A stretch of 64,000 nt of DNA, taken from NCBI RefSeq assembly GCF_036321535.1, contig NC_087447.1, forward strand, positions 42,100,001-42,164,000. Direction: 5' to 3'. The position numbers were made by a program, and so were the translations under genes. Below, piece after piece: positions 23,341-37,115 of the stretch. Each line of letters begins with the position of its first letter. The first letter of the stretch is position 1. The notes beneath the pieces are model-generated. The model saw nothing but the letters and a program-made list of their open reading frames with translations, did not search any database and had not been told where the DNA came from. Source of the stretch: Camelus dromedarius. Lineage: Eukaryota.

Positions 23341-23837
23341 TGTAACTGAGCAGGACGCTATGGGGCCTTCACAGACAGACCCTTTCCCCATATCCTCTGC
23401 TTTAGCTCCTCTCTGAAGTGCCAAGATAACAGTACCTGATGCATATTTCCTGAGTTGTTTTTCAGATGCTAAAACCCCCCACCAAATGGACAAAATTCAC
23501 TACTTGACAATCATGAGCATGTAGCCCCCAGACCAACTGGAGCCCAAGGATTGATCATCTTAACCCCTTAACCGCATCACACCGCCCTGTTACCTCACCA
23601 TCAACCAATCAGAGCATCGTGCACGAGCTGATCACACACCCTCGGATGCCTCTCCCTCACCCTGCCTTTAAAAATGCTTTGCTGAAACCCCTCAGGGAGT
23701 TCCAGTGTCTTGAGTCGTCCTGAACTCCTTGCTTGGTGCCCTGCAGTAAACGCTGCACTTTCCTTCACCACAACCCGGGGTCAGTAGATTGGCTTTACTG
23801 CGCACAGGCAAGCAGACCCAAGCTTGATTCAATAACA
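23341..23837 (+). mobile_element. ERV1 solo LTR in intron 10
   Basis: TGTAAC...AATAACA termini, CCAAT, TATA-like tttaaaaa, AGTAAA poly(A) signal; flanks ttct/tcct (TSD with one mismatch). Confidence 0.8.
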
Positions 23838-23952
23838 TCCTTACTTATAGATCAGCAAAATTCTTACACAGCTTCTTACAGTGAAGCAAATACTCTGTTG
23901 TTTGAAAATGTCTGCGTTTAAAGGCACGTGTTTGCAGAAGAGGCCTGACTAC

Positions 23953-24151
23953 CTCGTACTGCTCAAGCGCTTGCTTCCGCTCCAGCTCCAACTGCTGCAG
24001 CTGCTCCATGGCTTCCTGGAGGGCCCGCTCCTTAAGGACGCGCTGGTTCTCCAGCTCCTGCTTCTCTGCCTCCGTTGTCTGAATTGCCTGTTGCTGCTCC
24101 AAGTGCCACTTCTCCAGTTCAGCCCTCTTGGAAGACTCTTCCTCCAGCAAC
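23953..24151 (-). CDS. SWAP70: SWAP70 exon 10 (199 nt), coiled coil
   Basis: (R)[66 protein letters not shown]; cag| and |gtagtc. Confidence 0.97.
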
Positions 24152-24359
24152 CTGCAATGCAGAGAGCTCAGGATCCAACCCACCCGAGTCACCACACCGG
24201 ACCCAGTGGATGACAGAGGCGCGTCAGAACAGCCTGGAGGTCACTTAACCCACCTCTCGTTTTACAAGAAGGAAACCAGGAGCCAGAGAGGCCCACGTTC
24301 ACAAAGCTGGCAAGGTGACCATGGGGGCTGCTCCAATCTCTCCCCGTTTCACCCTTTTT

Positions 24360-24362
24360 AAA

Positions 24363-24394
<32 letters not shown>

Positions 24395-24410
24395 TAAATA
24401 AATAAATAAA
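24360..24410. repeat. Compound (TAAG)n(TAAA)n microsatellite
   Basis: Read directly. Confidence 0.95.
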
Positions 24411-25529
24411 GTGGAAGGCTTCATGGGCCAAGAGCTAAGTGTATTTTCTCAGCTAATGCTCACAATAAACTCAAGTATTATTAGTCTTCAGTTTTGAGAC
24501 AGGGAAAGTGAGGCTGAAGGTTAAGTGACCTGGACTAGGTCACTCACCTGGCAGGCAGGGGGTGAGGCCAAGTTTTGAAACTTGCCTGGCTGCTACAATA
24601 TTAAAACATTTTTCATCTAGTAAAAACCTATTACCAAGGAAAAATCCAACAAAGTAATGAAGGCAAGGGAAGAAGGAGCTGACAAAAGGTAAAATAAAAG
24701 CAGACACCATTTACTGACCAAGTACTGCGTGTCTGGCTCTTTCCCTTTATTACTGCTAATCCCCCACAATTCTGCAAGGTGTGACCATCCCTGCAGGTGA
24801 AGTCAAAGGGTTTAAAAGTATGATGCAGAAGCAGCAGTGGATTTCAGCCCAGGCCTGGGTGACTTCAAAATGTTATCTTTAATAACAGGCTACCTGTCTG
24901 AGAATATCCAGCTCTGCAGGTACGTAAATAATTAACATGCAGCCCAACCCGTACCCAAAGTATAGACAACGTGGTGAGATGCCAGCGCAGCACAGAATGC
25001 ACCTCTACAGAACTGACCGCCAGAATTATGGGAACAAGTCACACAGTTTGCTCTTCTAAAATCAACAACAGCAGAAGTAACGTAACAGACTCTGCACCCC
25101 TGTCTGACCACCCCAACTCCTCCATCCCCAATCCCCTAGCTCTGTAAGCATTCCCTCTGCAACGTCCTACAGGGTGGTTCTACTCTGTGTGATGGACCAC
25201 TCACTGCTTCACAAGCCAGGCCAGTTTATTTCTGGGCAGCCTTGATCCTTAGAAAGCTCTTTCTCAACTAAGACGAACTCTTCCATTCAATATCCCGTGT
25301 TCCACAAAGGGCCAATCTGCTGCCTCTGAGACGTCTTGGAGGCTGACATCCACAAGGGAACACAACACTGCCAATGTGGGCTGACCAGTGCAGTGTATTC
25401 ACTGTCTCGGCATGTGTGTATTACACGCCATCCATGTGTCTTTCTAGGCACAAAGGATACAACAGTGAGCGAGACTGGAAGGACCCTGTTTCTTCATCCC
25501 AGTAGTTAAAGTACGGAGAGGAATAGACA

Positions 25530-26050
25530 TTTGCAGGTTAGGCTGCCCAGCACTGAACCCCTTCATTTGTCTAGGGACTCAGCCACAATGGGATGGAAAG
25601 TAGGGCCCATCTCCCACCACAGAAGCCACAGGTCAGACCCTGTCCTTCTGCCCCTGGGCAGCCAGGGTGTGGAGGAAGCCCAAGCTGGACTTGGCTAAGC
25701 AGATGCCCTTTCCAGAACTTAGACTCTGAAGCAACTGACACAAAGAAGCAGAGACAGTGGAGAATTTATCTTGCTGGTGGCAGAAACATCCAGGGTTGAG
25801 TGATGGCAGAAGCAATGGGGACAACTGACCAAACAACCCACAGGCCAATGTTGGCACCAGTGGCATCCTTGCTGGACTTTTCCTGTGGCCTGTCTAGGCT
25901 GCCCAGCCTCCCTTGGTTCCTGCCTGTGTTCCAGGCCACCTGCCTTTCTGAGGAATTGGTAAACTTCTAAAGAACCTTCCAAGAAATTCTTTTATTGCTT
26001 TAGCTAACCCAAGTTGGTTTCTCTGGTTTGCAACAAGATGCCTGACTAAA
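25530..26050 (+). mobile_element. Old ERVL-type LTR remnant followed by a MIR (~26060-26210)
   Basis: 3' end ttttattgctttagctaacccaagttggtttctctggtttgcaac...cctgactaa, then the MIR core ctgaacctcagtttcttcatttgtaaaa. Confidence 0.5.
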
Positions 26051-29000
26051 GACTTGAAACTCTGAACCTCAGTTTCTTCATTTGTAAAAAAGGAATAGGA
26101 ACTATAGTCACCATCAAAGGTTTGCTGGTCCATTAAAAGAAATAATGCATTAAGGTACTTAGAACAGTGCCTACCACATCGTAAGAGCTGAATCAAAATC
26201 AGCTCGTATTACTTAGGTGGGGCTATTACCTCACTTGCTCTGAGGGTATCTGAGGTGTTCCGCAATCATATCACAGGGAAGTTAACACCCTGAATCTTTT
26301 CAAATGAATTACTATTAAGTCAAGTCTCCTGGATCCTGTACTTGTTTGTTTATATTTTAAATTATCTTCTTGGTCTCAAGCCATCATTCCAGGCTTTCAA
26401 TATCTTTTTTGAATGCTTATTTGACATTCTATATATTACATATCTCCCCCATCTGCAAATGAGATAAAGGAACAGAAACCAACACAGTCTGAGTGAGTAC
26501 CAAATCCCAACATTAGGCTAAACATTTTGCATGCCCTATCTCTTATAAGCACAACCACCCTACCAGCTTAATTTATAGATAAGGAACTTAAGGCTGAAAG
26601 TAGTGAAGTAACTTATCTAAAATTACACAGAAACAAAGTCTTAGAGCTGGGAATCAAACCCAGACTTCACTCCAGGGCTCAGTCCCAACCTGTCTTCAAA
26701 TACATGAAAAGTATTATCATGTGGAAGAGAGACTATCATTCCACTGGGCCCTATGAGTGGAGCTTAGATCCGTTCGTTCAGAAAAGACTCCTTGGTGCTT
26801 ACTGGGTGCCAGACACCGCACCAGCTGTCGGGAATACAGATCTGAGAGTTCCCATGCAGGAGAAGCTAGAAAACCTTCAGGATTATACATCAAAAGAACA
26901 CATCTTAATTTTAATGAAAAAAAATTACAAGTCAAGTTCTTGTATTTCAACAATTTACTATAAAAACTATTTCTAGGGAAACTTAAGACACTGACAGAGA
27001 AAGGAGAAAGGACCATCCATTGGAAGAACAATGAGATGCCAGACGTTCCAAGAATGACTTGCTAGTGTTTAAAGAAAGGACAGGAGGTTAAATAAAAACC
27101 CCCAACATACATCCTTGGCCCAAGACTACATTTCAGTTCATTAGTGCCAGACTTCAATGTTTCCATCTCAACTCCATGATGATGTCCCTTTATTTTCTAC
27201 CCAGAAAGGCCTACCCTGAGGAGTGGGAGCAAAGAGAAAGCTCCCTCTGCCAATATGACAACATGTTCCTCTGAATCAGGCCCAGCCTCCTGTGACTTTG
27301 GGAAAGAGGTAGCTTCTCCTCACTTAAAAATGACCACTAGAGGGGGCAATTCTGTCCATTTCAAGTTCCAAAAACTAACTTGAAAGAAAAATAATGTACA
27401 ATAGTAAAATTCATCAAATGGTCTTTATACACCAAGAAAAAGTAGTTAATTTTTGTGCAGTAATTTCAGCTTATTGGAGCAGAGCTGTATGTAGCAGTAA
27501 TACTTGCATTCAAAAGGTTGAAACCATTCTGCCATTTACTTAAATCAGTATATAAAATAATTAGCCAGAGTTTTTTAAACAACAACATTCATGCCTGGAT
27601 GGTGTGGATGCTCCTATCCACAGTTACTATGATTCAGTACATTTATGATAGGCCCTACATGTGTATTTTTTTTAAAGCTTTATAGGTGATTCTGATACTT
27701 ACCACTGGTTAAAAACTACTAGTTTCAATTATCCAAAACTGTCTCTTATTCAAAACATCACTCATTCTATAAACATGAAATAAAAACATCTTAATACATT
27801 TCTAGAGTTATCTGGTTCCCTATGCGATCTAATCTCTGCTGTGTTGTAATTAACCTCCCTCAAAACTGCAGAGAAATATATATAGCATACCTCCCATGAA
27901 TTCTCTGCACAAAGGCAATATATAAACTCTCAACATGTCCCTTAGAATGTCTCTTTTGGAAGTCACATGAGACTCAAACCTTCCCACACCGTGGGTGGTG
28001 TGCTCACATCAGTGCCCAAAGGCACCTGGATGGTAGTCCCAGCACCTGGCTAGCACCACAGTACAACAAACGCACACATGTGGGACCCATAAATGCCAGG
28101 CAATATACTAAGCATTTAATTTTCTATTTAGAAGATAATTTTTTCCTTAAAAGAATCAAAATTTTCAAAACCTAATGAGTTTATTTTTGAAGTTATTTTT
28201 GGCAACATACAGGACAAAGAAACCTCCCTCTTTCTCTCTTCCCCACCCAAAGATTAAAAGAACATCTTGGTTGCTCTATGGGTGGAATGGCAGCCATGGA
28301 AAATCTACCCCAGCTCACCCCATAAATGGTCCCCAAACAGGGGGTGTAGCTCAAAGCATAAAGTGACTGACCAGCTGCTGCTACAGGTAAACAGTTTTTA
28401 GTGCTACATCTCCTGACAAGATGTCTTACGGAAAGCAAACAGGGAAGCAAGTTAGAAAGTGGGAGAGGGTAGCTCAGATTTGCTCTTTGGGGTCTTCATT
28501 CTACTCTGTCCTCCCTGCTGCTACAAAGGCCAAAAACTGAAAGTTCTCCTCTGGGATCATGAGTATCATAAATAGTAAACCTGACCTTTTTAAAAGCTCC
28601 AAGGGAAAAAAAAAAACAACAAAACTAGGTTTCAAGAACTTCTAAAACTAATACTTCAAGTACAAATTATTTAAGGAATGTCACCGATCCTGAATGACCA
28701 AACGGAAACTGCTTAGCTCCTCATTACCCTCCAAAGTGGCTGCAACTCTGGCCAGAAGCAGGCACCTGCCTGCACACATGTTTCTCAGATCTGGAACATG
28801 TGGAAGAAACCAGGTTCTCACCAGATCTGATCCTGGGTCCTTGACACTGTAGGATATGACTAAGGGCACCCCCATCAAACACATCCACCCGACTGCTCTG
28901 AAACAGATGTAAGGCCTGTCTTTAGCCCCAGAAGCGAGGGTCTTCCAGAGTCCCAGATTCCCGGAGAATATATAACCCAGCCAGCCAAGCCTCCAGGGTC

Positions 29001-29099
29001 TCTCCAATCTGGCAGAGACACCCTCCTCTCTGGCAGCCCTAGAAGGTGTACGAGCCCAGGCAAAGCACGTGAAGCACAGTGGATGAGCTGATCTGGCAC

Positions 29100-29266
29100 C
29101 TGGCCTGAAGCTTCCGCACAGTCTCTTCATCTTGCCGGGCCTGTCTCTCATCTTCAAGAGCCTCCTGCAGCTTCAGGTACATGTCTTCCAGCTCCCGGAC
29201 CCGCTGCAAATACTGTTCCAGTTCAGAGGACTTTTGGGCAACCTGTTCTTCCATCTGCTGCCTGAT
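29100..29266 (-). CDS. SWAP70: SWAP70 exon 9 (167 nt)
   Basis: [55 protein letters not shown](R); cag| and |gtgcca. Confidence 0.97.
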
Positions 29267-30768
29267 CTGATGGTATATAAAAGGGTCATGTTTAAACTCA
29301 GATTGACTTCACCCCCCGGAAAAGCCTCCCGCCGCTCCACCACCATCCTGAGCAAAGCCACAGCTCACAGCCCACAGCTGCAGCCCATCAGGGCTGCAGG
29401 GCCCCGTTCTTTGCTCCCTGAAGACGGAGGAAGTGAGAGCACCACTCCCAGCACCAACACCGACTCCAAGACCACAACGAAAGGGCCCAGTCACGCAGAC
29501 TACAGCCCCAGCGCCACTCTCCTGCCCTGGTGGACTTCTCATCCCTTTCACTCCACATTTCAAACTCAAGAAAAAAATATTCCCCTGTATAATTTCTCTT
29601 TAAACCCCTTTCTTTGTTAAAGCTACAACCTCTTTACCAGTAGAGTCTTCTCTAAAAGGAATGAACCTATTCCCAGGCAGAATGGCCAAAGGGTTGAAAT
29701 AAAGAGAAGAAAGGCTGCTCTGCAGTGAGCCCTCCTACACTCACCTGGCTGCCTAGCACCCCTCCTCTCTCCCTCCCTGTAGGGCACCTTCAGCTCTGCG
29801 AGACCTCATGCAGTTAACTAGTGTTCTAACAAGCTTATGGTTTCTCCCTTCTGGATTAAAGAGTTCTGAATCTTCGCCTTAAAAGTTAAAAGACAAGGAC
29901 ACCCTAAATACAATATTGTACACCTTAGCATACCCCTCTGCAGTTTACAAGGTATTCTCACTTGCATTAGCTTACCTCATCCCCATTAGGGTCCTGAGAG
30001 GTCATGTGACTAGCCCCCTAATTTGAAGAAGAGAAACTAACGCTCATAAGAAGGAGCAGAGAGGACAGGAACCCAGATCTTCTGGCTGCGAGTGCAGCCC
30101 CCTCTCAGACCACATGTGTCTTCCTCTCCCAGCACAAAGCGTCTACTTCAACTCTAAGCAGCAAAAGGTTGCTACAGGAAACGTCACAGCACCTATTTAA
30201 TAGGCCCTGGGCTCAGCCCTCTCCCACGCACTGTAACTCAACGTGAGGAGACCTGTGTTCCAATCAACCAGCTCACTACCTGAGGCAACCTGGATCTTGG
30301 GTCTCTGGGGGATGGAAGCCTTAAGATGAGTCAGAGCGGCCCAGAGCAGCAGACCAGCATTCACGTGTTCTCATGACTTGAGAAACCCCTCACTTTAATA
30401 ATTATACCAGGATGGGAGAGGCTGCCCCAGGCAAACTAAGACATAGAGTCATCCTACCTACAGTACTTGTCACCCCATTCCATACATTTCTCCTTTGGGG
30501 TCTTGAGGGCAAGGTTTCTCTTTACATCCCTGGCACAGTGCCTGGCACACAGAAGGTGCTGAATAAACCGATAATGAATGAATAACAAACACGTAACTTC
30601 CCCAACGGCCCAATGCAAGGCAGCAGCAGAGCCAAGCTGGCAAGACGGCCTCACTCCAGCCTCCTGGGTCCTCACCCTTCCACCACCCGTCCTCGCCCCT
30701 CTGCTAACCCGGGCTGGCTCTGGGAGTTAGGAGTTGCGGCAGCCTGTCCCCAGGCCAGCGGTACTCAC

Positions 30769-30876
30769 AAGCTTCTCCCGCTCCAGCTCTGTGCTGAACC
30801 TGGCCTGCAGCTCCACTTGAGTCTGAAGGCGCTTCTTTTCTTCTTCTGCTGCCCGAGATGCTGCTTCTTCCAGTTT
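30769..30876 (-). CDS. SWAP70: SWAP70 exon 8 (108 nt)
   Basis: [36 protein letters not shown]; cag| and |gtgagt. Confidence 0.96.
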
Positions 30877-31549
30877 CTGCCCCAAAACCCATCCACAGAA
30901 AAGCAGGAAATGTTACAGTGGAAGTGCATTTGGAGAGAAACGGTTACATTTAAACACAGTGGAGAAGCCAAACATTCTTGATGTTCAATAAAGACAGAAG
31001 AAAAACATATAGATCCACTGGAATTCCATTCCAACAATTTACGCAGTCAATATACAAAACTAGTTAGGTAAATGAATGACTCTTAGTAAGTCTGAACAAC
31101 ATTCTGCAAAGAAAATTTTAGTATAGTCATTAGTTAAATTCACTTGCAAATGCATTTGTGAGGTTTGAATCTATTTTCTGAGCTCGTCCTATACAGTTTC
31201 ATCATCTTAACATTATTCCTTAAAACTTTCACCAGAACTCAACTTCCCAAAGGGTGGCATGAGGAACTCCATGGACACTTTCCCCAGAGAAACAATAATT
31301 AGAAAAAAAAAAAAAACTATTTAAAATCTCTTGGAATTATCCTAAAAGCATACAGCAAATGGAGAACATTTATACAAGGAAACCAACTAAATCTCAGCAA
31401 GGACATCTACGTGAAAGTCTATGGCATTTGAGCCATGGTGCAGGCCCTTCTCTACACCCCCAGTGACAGTGAGAAGGAGGCTCTACCCCATGGCCATGGA
31501 ACCAAGAACACCAGACTCCCTCTCTCCGCAGCGCCCAGTCTAGGGCTAC

Positions 31550-32017
31550 GTTAGAGACAAAAAGAAAAAGTTCCCTGCCACTTAAGTAAACAAAGGATTT
31601 TGCACCATCAAGCCATCAGCCACTGCCACTGCCCCATGTGTGCCCTGAGGGGAATTCAGGATGGAGAAAAACAATACTGGCCCTAGATAATTAAGACGCA
31701 CATCTAAGAAATAATCTTAATCAGCCCAGACTTGTGTCTTCCCATATATAGAGAAGCACTAAAATCATTAACTTGAGATATCTGGTTTTTGTGATTAGCA
31801 GTAACTACATGGTTCTTTTTTCCCCCAGCAAAAACTCCTAAACAACCTGGCTCTTCCCTTACCTCTTTGAAGGTTAAGGTTTTGAAGATTAGTTCCTCAG
31901 AGCTGAAAGGCTCCCTCCCGGGCTGCAGTCCCTCAGTAAGGTCCCCAAATAAAACATAACTCTCAACTTTCAGGTTTTGCGGTTTTTTGTTTGTTTGTTT
32001 TTTGTTTTTCAGTTGAC
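31550..32017 (+). mobile_element. ERV1-type solo LTR within an old L1-like segment
   Basis: gtgtgccctgaggggaattcaggatggag...aaataaaacataactctcaacttt...ttcagttgaca LTR-like end; TSD not recognisable. Confidence 0.65.
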
Positions 32018-32294
32018 AAGACCAGCAGACTAAACCACAAGCCAGCTAGAAGTCCGACAGAGGAAACCAGGAGAAGACAGCAAAGAAGAGCCGCCATGTA
32101 GTAGGAGTAAGTCTCAAAGACAGGCCCCCAGGACTACATGTGGGTCTGAATTTAAATATCAGACTGTGGGGCAAGTTAGGCCCCAGGGCACTGCTGCAGG
32201 CGGTAGAGCAGTCAGTGTGAGATGAACAAGTGGATGTCATACCAACAGGGGCAGCCGGCTTAACAGGAGACGAGACGGCCAAACAGCCCTGCTG

Positions 32295-32985
32295 CCATAT
32301 ACAAAAATAAACTCACAATGGATTAAAGACCTGAATGTAAGACTGGACACCATAAAACTCCTAGAGGAAAACACAGGCAGAACACTCTTTGCTGTAAATT
32401 GCTGCAACATTTCTTTGATCCACCTCCCAAATGAAATAAAAGCAAAAATAATTGGACCTAATTAAACTTAAAGGCTTTTTGCACAGCAAAGGAAACCACT
32501 GACAAAACAAAAAGACAACCTACAGAATGGGAGAAAATATTTGCAAATGATATAATTGATAAAGGATTAATATGCAACATTTGTAAACAGCTCACACAAC
32601 TCAACACCAAAAAACAAACAACCCAAACCCTTATACACTATCGTTGGGAATGTTAAGTTGGTGCCATCACTGTGGAAAACAGTATGGAGGTTCCTCAAAA
32701 TAGTAAAAACAGAACTATCACATGGCCCAGCAATTCCACTCCAGGTATATATCTGAGAAAAACTTACATACTGTATTCTATTTATATGACAATTTGGAAA
32801 AGGCAAAAATGTAGGGACAGAAAACACATCAGCGGTTTCCAGGGGTCAGGAGTAAGGGGAGAGTCTAAACACAAGGGGCAGCATGAAGGAATTCTTCCAG
32901 GTACTGGAATTGTTCTGTGATGGTTTCAAGAATCTCAGCACTTGTAAAAACTCATAAAACTATACCATGATACTGCGATTTACAG
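32295..32985 (+). mobile_element. L1 ORF2 3' and 3'UTR fragments
   Basis: aaaaataaactcacaatggattaaagacctgaatgtaagac...aaaagacaacctacagaatgggagaaaatatttgcaaat...ggaaaacagtatggaggttcctcaaa. Confidence 0.85.
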
Positions 32986-33009
32986 TAAGTAATACATATA
33001 TTCACTCTT

Positions 33010-33840
33010 GTGAACTGAAATATGTGTATCAGTTTCTGGCACAGGTCTCCCCAAATCTTTGTAATTTCCTAAGTGTTGAGAGTGATAATGAAGTGACTTC
33101 TAGAAAGCACCTATGGATGGGGCTAGTTCCAATGGAGCCAACCATGTGATTAGAGAGTTGGAATTTTCAGTCCTACCCTCTGACCTCTGGGGCTGGAAGA
33201 TGAGTCAATCACCAGTGCTAAAGATTTAATCAATCATGCCTATGCAATGACTCCTCCATAAAAACCCAAAGGCACAGGGTTCACAGAGCTTCCAGGTTGG
33301 TGAACACATGGAGATTTGGGGAGAGTGATGCGCCTGGAGAGGGCATAAAAGCTCCATGCCCTTTCCCCACACCTTGCCCTACACATCTCTCCCATCTGGC
33401 CGTCCCTGAGTTATATCCTTTTATAAGAAATCAGTGACTAGTAAGTAAAATGTGTCTGAGTTCTGTGAGCCACTCTAAGCAAATTAATCGAACTTGAGGA
33501 GGAGGGTTGTAAAAACCTCTGATTTATAGCCAGTTGCTCAGAAGTGAAGGTAACAACCTGGACTTGCAACTGGCATCTGAAGTCCAAGGAGGAGAACCTC
33601 CACTCTGTCAGTCAGAAGCCCAGGTCACAACCTGGGCGTGGGACTGGCACCTGAGGCGGGGGCTGGGGGGTAGCGGGTGTCCAGTCTTGTGGGGCTGAAC
33701 CCTGTGGAACCTGATGTCATCTGCTGGCAGACAGTGTCAAAGCTCAGCTGAACTCTCACACACCCTGCTAGTGTCTGAGCGCTGCTGACTGTACATCTGG
33801 GGAACTCCCTCCCCTACCCACGCTGGAACTGGTCCCACAA
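33010..33840. mobile_element. MER21-like LTR
   Basis: accatgtgattagagagttggaattttcag...gagcttccaggttggtgaacacatggag...ctgagttctgtgagccactct...acaacctggacttgcaactggcatctgaagt. Confidence 0.75.
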
Positions 33841-35085
33841 ACATTTTATATACATGAACCTTGAATCTTACTGGTTTTCTTTTTTTTAATTACAAAGAAG
33901 GAAAGGATAGTAGAGCTTCTGAAATACTGGCAATATTCCATTTAGCCTGGGTAAGTAGTTTCAGGGGTCTTCACTTTATGATTATTCATATATACAAATT
34001 TAACACTCTCTTCTGTATGTATGACTTTTTTCATAATTTTTTAAAATTACAAAAGAAGGACACTAAGCCCAGATCCCTGCTTCTGCTGTGCACAGAAGGA
34101 ATGGAGGAAGCGGTGTTCATCCTGGCCTACTCAGGGAGTTTCACAGAAAATGCATGGCAGCAGGAAGAAGCAAGATGCAAGAGAGATTCAGGGGGAAGGG
34201 CACAGGACCTGGGGAGCTGCTTTTAGAATGCAGGTGTGCTGGACAGGAACAACTATTTCTAAGATTGTACGCCCATCTGGTTCGTAAGATTATAAAAGTA
34301 CTAGAAAAGTCTTTACTCGTCAGTCTACTCAGAGGAAGTCAGCACAGAGTGTGGCATTTCCAGGGGCTGCAAAGGGAGAACCCCACCAGGAATGTGGGGG
34401 CCTTGAACTATGGGCAACTCCCACATCCCAGGGCAAAGGTGCTGTACAGGAGGACACAAAAGGATGAGCTTGTGGTTAGCAGGTGACCACTGATTCAAGA
34501 TAGACGGGCACAACCCAGAGGCACCTCAAATAAAAACCACGTCCACACACTGCAGCCTCAGCACCACCCCCGAACCGTGATGAACACACCAAGGAGCAAG
34601 GTTTCCCAATGATTGTCAACTCTGCCACACAGCCTGAGGTACTCAACCTCCTAGCCCTGAGATGGAAACAGATGCTGACCCAGACTGTATCTTTGACTCC
34701 AAATAGTATGTAAAACCCACAATTTTTAACACTCACGTTCCTCATGAGTTAAGATGGGGGCAAAAAGGGTAAAATTGGAAAAGCAAGACACCCAAAAGTG
34801 ACGTTGACATCCTTAGGGAGATACAATTTCTCATCTTTCTCTGACAAAATTCAACTGTGCTCATTGTTCTCTAAATGTTCTTTTCTGGTCAGTCAAATGT
34901 CCTTGCTGCCCTGAGACCCTCATACTTTGAAGGGCTGGGAAAACTAGGACGTCTCACTCCATGGTCTAGATGCACTTGCTGCGAGCACAGTTCATCAAAA
35001 AAAACCCCGACGGTTGTGTTCTTCTGTCTCGGTGAAATCAAAGCTGCAGCGGAACGCGAGGCGCCCCAGCCCAGCGTCCACCCAC

Positions 35086-35267
35086 CTTCCTCACGGTCTC
35101 CAGCTCCTGCTGCTTGTTTTCATTTGCCGCCTGGAGCTCCTTCATCTGTCGCTCCAGCTCCTCCTGCTCAGCCAGCAGCTTCTTTCGGAGTTCTTTCCGA
35201 CGCTGGCGGGCTTCTTTGTGTGGTGGGGGGCTGCCCAGCTTCAACAGATGGATAGTAGACTGGATGG
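35086..35267 (-). CDS. SWAP70: SWAP70 exon 7 (182 nt): end of PH domain, start of coiled coil
   Basis: (A)[60 protein letters not shown]; cag| and |gtgggt. Confidence 0.97.
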
Positions 35268-37006
35268 CTGTGAAAGGTGTAGGAGAAAAAATGGGAATTT
35301 ATTCTTTGTAAGACTAACGTGTAAATGGCATCGTGGGAAGAAAACCAGAAACCCAGGAGAGGTTCTGCTTCTGCCACTGAGCAGCAGTGTGACCATGAGC
35401 AAATCACATAACCTCTTACAGCATCAGTTTCTCACCTCTAAGATGAGAGAGATGATCTCTAAAGTCCCTTCCAGGTCTCAAGTTCCATAACTGCCTATCT
35501 GTCCTTAAACAGATACTTGATTTGGGAATATCGCACATATTTGAGGAACTTAGAACACGGCTTTCAACCTGCTTCTCTATACTTCCCAAAAGGTCAAATA
35601 AGAACGAGACATAGTAAGGGCTGAGATTCAGAGTTCCTGGAATCTGACTTGCTACCTGCTGTGTTCAGCCTGCCCCTCCCTACGCGTTATGAAACCATCT
35701 CCCTATACACTTCCTTCCCGACATGGCAACAGCAGCTTCCATGTATTGAATACTTGCTTATATACACCCTTTACGTGCGTTACCTAATTTTTATATGAAA
35801 TCTGATCTCTCCTACTTGTTTCAGTTATTTAAATAGCTAGAACTTTCACACTGTTCAAATTTAAAAGCATGGAAGGACATGAAAGTCTCCCTCCTACTCC
35901 TGTCCCCAAGTACTGAGCTCCCCACTCCACTGGCCACTAACGTTAACGGTTTCTGCATGTCTCTCCTGAGATACTTCAAGCAAGCACAAATAAACATGTA
36001 TATATGTCCTCCACCTTCTGTTGACACAAATGGTGGCATAATGCACTCTTCAGAGTCTTGGTTTGTCCACTGAATTTACCTTGGAGACCTTTCCATATCA
36101 GTCCACACACATGAAGCACGGCACAGTTCTCCACTGTGTAGCTGTACCATAATCTATTTAACCATTGCCCAATTAATGGACATTTGTTTGTAATCTAACA
36201 CAAACATTTCTGCAATGATGTGTCATTTTCAAAATGTGCGAGTTTGTCTTCATTATCTAATTATTAACCCTCACAACAACCCTGAGAGGCAGGCACTATA
36301 ATTAGCCCCACTCCACAGAAGAGGAAAGCCGCTACAGAATCCCTAACTCAACCCAGCGACCCAGGAAAGAGGATTCAGACCCAGCCAGGAATCCTTACCT
36401 CAAACTCTTAAACCACATCAAAGTGACCACAATGTTCAATAAAACAATTTTGCCTATGTTCAAGAATATAACACTCAGAATCCCCTTTCATGATTAAAAA
36501 GAAAATCTCATCAATTGTATTTCATTCTTTACTAATTTTGGAGTAATACTTTACCTTAAAAGTTGTGAAATCAAAAGTTTGTGTTCTTGAGATAAATGTT
36601 TGAAACTAGTGATTACTTGTGAAAGTAACAGCTCTTGAAAATTACTTGAAGTATTCAAAACCAATTGCATAATTCCTCTTTTGTTTTACATATTACTAAG
36701 TACTCAAAAAGGCCACTTTAAAATTCTTTACAGTCCTTAAATGGGGGAAATTCCATAGTCTTTAAATAATAAGAGTAAATAAAACCTAAAATGTCCAGTT
36801 TATAATTTTCCCACAGTTTATAAGTTCATTAGGCAAACAAAATTGATGAAAATTTGGGGAACTCTTCTCAATTTGTTTTTTTTTAGCTATGGTGTTTCAC
36901 ATAGAAATAACTATAGACAATGAGAAAACAAAGCCTTGGTATATTTAATATGATTCAAAAACAGAAAGTCAGAGCTCTCATCTTATATCATGACAAATGA
37001 TCTTAC

Positions 37007-37115
37007 CTTGAATCCACTCTTGTTTCTTCTTCTTATCTGAAGCACTGATTTCAAAGGTCTTATCAAAACATTTTATGAGAAAAAGGCATTTCTTTCCATC
37101 TTTGTCAGGCAAGGA
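37007..37115 (-). CDS. SWAP70: SWAP70 exon 6 (109 nt), PH domain
   Basis: [36 protein letters not shown]; tag| and |gtaaga. Confidence 0.96.

Noticed and set aside
22693..23349. 218-aa plus-strand ORF in intron 10
   Set aside because: Coincides with an LTR remnant; no protein family features.
24360..24410. Tandem GTAAGT motifs as splice-donor decoys
   Set aside because: They are on the strand opposite to SWAP70 and are simply a (TAAG)n microsatellite.
28340..28370. tRNA or tRNA-derived SINE start (gggggtgtagctca)
   Set aside because: Only ~14 nt of similarity; no B box, cloverleaf or tail.
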